From Planctomycetota bacterium (lineage in GTDB: Bacteria > Planctomycetota > B15-G4 > JADJEK01): a DNA stretch of 11,060 bases. The notes below the pieces were generated by a model, which had not been told where the DNA came from, ran no database searches, and saw only the letters and a program-made list of their open reading frames with translations. The position numbers and the translations under genes are program-made. Shown here piece after piece: positions 8,260 through 11,060 of the stretch. The DNA is taken from the NCBI GenBank assembly GCA_044225365.1, contig JBGAIQ010000094.1:1-11060 (forward strand), written 5' to 3'. The first letter of the stretch is position 1, and each line of letters starts with the position of its first letter.

Positions 8260-9963
8260 CTACTTCGAGCCTTCGCCGCGAGCCTTCGACCATCCCGGCC
8301 CGCGCACGACGCGCCCCGGTGTCGCGCCCGTGTGTTCACCGTCACGAACGACCTCGACGCCGTTGACGAAGACGTGGCGCATTCCGGTCGCATATTGCCG
8401 CGGCGAGTCGAATGTCGCATGGTCCTCGATCGTGTTCGGATCGAAGATCGCGAGATCGGCGAAGAAGCCGACGTCGACTCGGCCGCGACGATCGAGTCCG
8501 AGATTCTCCGCGGGCAACGCCGAGAGCTTTCGAACTGCCGCCTCCAGCGAGAGCCGCTTCTCCTCGCGCACGTATTTCGAGAGCACGCGCGCGAAGTTGC
8601 CGTACGCCCTCGGATGTTGTTGATACTGCGTGAACACACCCTGCGGCGCGGAAGCCTCCTCGTCCGAACCGAAACTCACCCAGGGCAATGCCACCTGCTT
8701 CGCGATGTTCGGCTCCGACATCAGGAAGTACACCGTGCCGACACGGCTGTCGTCCTCGACGACGAGATCCATCGCGGTCTCCTCGGGCGATGCCTTGCGT
8801 TCGTTCGCGACTTCCTCGAGCGTCTTGCCGGTGTACTTCTTGAGCGCCGGATTCTTGAACCCGATGAGGATCACGTTCTTCGGCGTTCCCGCGCCGAGAT
8901 AGAGGTTCTCCCAATCGTTCGTCGGCGTGCTCATCTCCTGTTTCACGCGCGCCCGGATCGCCGGATCCGTCAGTCGCTTCCTCCATTCCTCGAGTCCGCC
9001 CTCTTGCACCCAGGGCGGCATCGACGCGTCGAGGCCCGTCGCGCCGGCGGGATACGTGTACATGTTCGCGGTGATGCGACGCCCAGCCGCGCGCTCCGCG
9101 TCCACCCTCGCGATCACTTCGTCCATCTTGCTCCAGTTCGGAGCTCCCGCCGCCTTCAAGTGGTAGATCTCGGCGGGCAGTCCCGCTTCCTTCGAGATGC
9201 GGATCAACTCGTCCAAGGCCTCGAGCAGGCGATTACCCTCGCTGCGCATGTGCGAGATGTACATGCCGTGATATCGCGCGGCGACACGACACAGTTCGAT
9301 CAACTCGTCGGTCTTCGCGTAGAACGCGGGCGCGTAAATCAGCGACGAGGCGACGCCCATCGCCCCATCCTGCATCGCCTTCTCCACGAGCGCCTGCATG
9401 CGCGAGAGTTCTTCGGGAGTCGGCGGACGATCGGCAAATCCGATCTCGTGACGACGAACGGTGGTCGCGCCGACGAACGAGGCGACGTTCGGCGAAACGC
9501 CCTTCTTCTCGAGCATGATCAGGAATTCGTCGAGCGTCGTCCACGTGATCGGGTACTTGATGTCGCTCTGGAGGTCGATGTTCTCCTGCTTCATCCGATC
9601 GTTCAACGGCCCCATCGACTCGCCTTCGCCCATCACCTCGAGCGTGACGCCCTGACGCAGGTCGCTCTCCCCACGACCATCGGCGATCAACGACTCCTGG
9701 GCTTGGCTCAGCATGTTGATGAAGCCGGGCGCGACCGCGAGTCCGGTCGCATCGATCTCACGCACGCCATGCGCCGCGGAGAGATCGCCGATGAACGCGA
9801 TGGTGTCGCCCGTCACGCCCACATCCACGACTCGCGACGCACCCCCACTCCCGTCGTAGAGAGTGCCGTGGCGAATCACGACGTCGTATCGCGGCCCCTG
9901 GACACACCCGACCAGCAGGCACAGCGGCAACGCGAGAGCGGATGGAATCGATCTTCGACGCAT
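8260..9963 (-). CDS. N-acyl-D-amino-acid deacylase (D-aminoacylase)-family amidohydrolase, predicted lipoprotein
   Basis: ATG at 9963 with GAGG upstream. Signal MRRRSIPSALALPLCLLVGC ends in a lipobox. Motifs: YDVVIRHGTLYDGSG, DATGLAVAPGFI, QGVT, SHMRSEG, EIYHLK, YTYPAGAT, GSD, HPRAYGNFARVL, GFFADLAIFDP, VFVNG. Confidence 0.9.
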   Translation of the reverse strand: MRRRSIPSALALPLCLLVGCVQGPRYDVVIRHGTLYDGSGGASRVVDVGVTGDTIAFIGDLSAAHGVREIDATGLAVAPGFINMLSQAQESLIADGRGESDLRQGVTLEVMGEGESMGPLNDRMKQENIDLQSDIKYPITWTTLDEFLIMLEKKGVSPNVASFVGATTVRRHEIGFADRPPTPEELSRMQALVEKAMQDGAMGVASSLIYAPAFYAKTDELIELCRVAARYHGMYISHMRSEGNRLLEALDELIRISKEAGLPAEIYHLKAAGAPNWSKMDEVIARVDAERAAGRRITANMYTYPAGATGLDASMPPWVQEGGLEEWRKRLTDPAIRARVKQEMSTPTNDWENLYLGAGTPKNVILIGFKNPALKKYTGKTLEEVANERKASPEETAMDLVVEDDSRVGTVYFLMSEPNIAKQVALPWVSFGSDEEASAPQGVFTQYQQHPRAYGNFARVLSKYVREEKRLSLEAAVRKLSALPAENLGLDRRGRVDVGFFADLAIFDPNTIEDHATFDSPRQYATGMRHVFVNGVEVVRDGEHTGATPGRVVRGPGWSKARGEGSK

Positions 9964-10084
9964 ACGGGAACCTCGCTCGTGATGCATGCAACCCACACCC
10001 GCGAAGATCCTAAGTGCCGGACCGCCGGACTCTGCCCGGCATCTTCTTGATGCGGTCAGGCTCAGCGACAACGGTGTAGGACTT

Positions 10085-10883
10085 CGGGAACGTGCTACGG
10101 CGGTTTGGACCGCACGTCGGGCGCGCACGGCGATTCGATGTCCCTCCGACGGACCGCCGGGCTCTGCCCGGCATCTTCTTGAAGCTGGCGAGCAGTGCGT
10201 GGCGGTCTCGGACCGCGGACTTCAGGGCGTCGAGTTCGGAAACGTGCCACCCGATGCGTTCGAGCAGGTCGGGCGTGTTATGAATCGAGTATTGCGTCCG
10301 ACTGCAGTTCGCCCAATCAAGGCCAGAGTGCAGCTCTATAGGAATTCGCCGCCCGCGCGGAGTAGTGAGACTTTCCGGCAACCGCCAGGCGATACCGAGG
10401 ACCGAACTTCGCGAGGTCCAGATGTGAAACCGGTTGCACCGCCTCGGGATCGAGGGTTCGCGCGATGGGGCAGTCGCGAGGTACGCCGTTCGAGCTGGCC
10501 GAACTTGGATTGGCAACCCAAAGGAAATGCCGGGCACAGCCCGGCGGTCCGAATCCGACGGGTATAAGGGCCGTCTTCAAAGATAACCGTGCTACGGGCG
10601 CGCACAGTGACCGTGGTCCTACCTACCCCATAAGGTTCGTCGCGAAGACACGTGGGGAAAGCCATGGAGGGTGGGCCGTCCGCGGCACAACCGCCATGGC
10701 TCATCGTTAAATTTCAAAGTTGGTTGCTGCTCACGTTCCCGCGGGCGCGCACGACGTGGAGTCCGAACCGCGGTGGCACGTTCCCGAGGAAGATGCCGGG
10801 CAGAGCCCGGCGGTCCGCCGGAGGGACGCAGGATCCCCCGGGCGCGCACGACGTGCTGTCCAATCCACGGTGGTACGTTCCCG
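10085..10883. repeat. Long imperfect inverted repeat: 10085-10178 versus 10789-10883
   Basis: Manual alignment of the reverse complement of 10085-10178 to 10789-10883 gives about 14 mismatches and 1 gap over 95 nt (~84% identity). Confidence 0.85.
10660..10701. other. Long imperfect hairpin (19-position stem, 3 mismatches, 4-nt loop TCCG)
   Basis: AGCCATGGAGGGTGGGCCG-TCCG-CGGCACAACCGCCATGGCT; arms are complementary except at three positions. Confidence 0.7.
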
Positions 10884-10913
10884 GAGAATATGCCGGGCAG
10901 AGCCCGGCGATCC
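10742..10913 (+). repeat. Tandem direct repeat with a 97-bp period (45-bp module B followed by the REP-like hairpin)
   Basis: 10742-10786 versus 10839-10883 differ at 6 of 45 positions. Hairpin copies at 10793 and 10890 have the same 97-nt offset. Confidence 0.85.
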
Positions 10914-11060
10914 AAATCAAGAACATGCCGGGCACAGCCCGGCGGTCCGAATCCGACGGGTATAAGGGCCGTCTTCAAAGATAACCGTGCTACGGGCGCG
11001 CACAGTGACCGTGGTCCTACCTACCCCATAAGGTTCGTCGCGAAGACACGTGGGGAAAGC

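Larger units (their letters stand above)
10019..10948. repeat. Six copies of a 24-bp REP-like palindromic repeat, consensus GGACCGCCGGGCTSTGCCCGGCAT
   Basis: Plus-oriented copies at 10019-10042 and 10151-10174. Minus-oriented copies at 10527-10550, 10793-10816, 10890-10913 and 10925-10948. Core is a 7-bp stem GCCGGGC/GCCCGGC with a 3-nt loop; each copy has at most 1 mismatch to the consensus. Confidence 0.9.
10527..11060 (+). repeat. Exact 136-bp direct repeat, 10527-10662 = 10925-11060; second copy cut by the window end
   Basis: Base-by-base identity at offset 398, beginning at the first base of the REP-like unit (ATGCCGGGCACAGCCC...). Confidence 0.92.

Noticed and set aside
4666-10050. Long antisense or shadow ORFs (4666-6405 +, 8332-10050 +, and similar ones such as 591-1928 and 4505-5557)
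   Set aside because: These are expected by-products of high GC and codon bias in or opposite real genes; their compositions are Arg/Ala-rich with no motifs.
10581-10712. Integron attC site (AGATAAC ... GTTAAAT bracketing an imperfect palindrome)
   Set aside because: The right end fits GTTRRRY, but the left end does not fit RYYYAAC. L-box pairing and spacing are poor, and there is no cassette ORF or integrase.
10019-10948. CRISPR array suggested by 24-bp palindromic repeats
   Set aside because: Repeats occur in both orientations, spacing is irregular (gaps of 108, 352, 242, 73 and 11 nt), intervening sequences are related to each other, and there are no cas genes.
9986-10984. ORFs in the terminal region (9986-10567, 10010-10537, 10619-10978, 10652-10984 and others), including repeated MPGRARRS peptides after purine-rich stretches
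   Set aside because: The peptides are translations of the DNA repeats. They show no protein-family motifs, including no HUH motif of a RAYT, and they overlap in conflicting frames.

Overview
GC-rich bacterial window; protein style suggests Planctomycetota, but that is inference. It holds eight likely CDSs, mostly envelope or exported proteins: the 3' part of a tricorn-like S41 protease, a translationally coupled AlgI-like MBOAT plus AlgJ/AlgX-like O-acyltransferase pair, a RimJ/RimL-type GNAT, a putatively Tat-exported seven-repeat FG-GAP protein with an extra C-terminal domain, a divergent protein with an unknown N-terminal domain and a WCGPC thioredoxin domain, a DUF998-like membrane protein, and a lipoprotein D-aminoacylase homolog with a non-canonical metal site. 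The last ~1 kb (10019-11060) appears non-coding. It is a mosaic of repeats: six copies of a 24-bp REP-like hairpin in two orientations, a ~45-bp partner module, a ~95-bp inverted repeat, a 97-bp tandem period and an exact 136-bp duplication running to the window end. No RNA gene, CRISPR array or transposase is recognisable. I cannot demonstrate a complete novel system; the repeat mosaic and the unexplained protein domains are the best leads.
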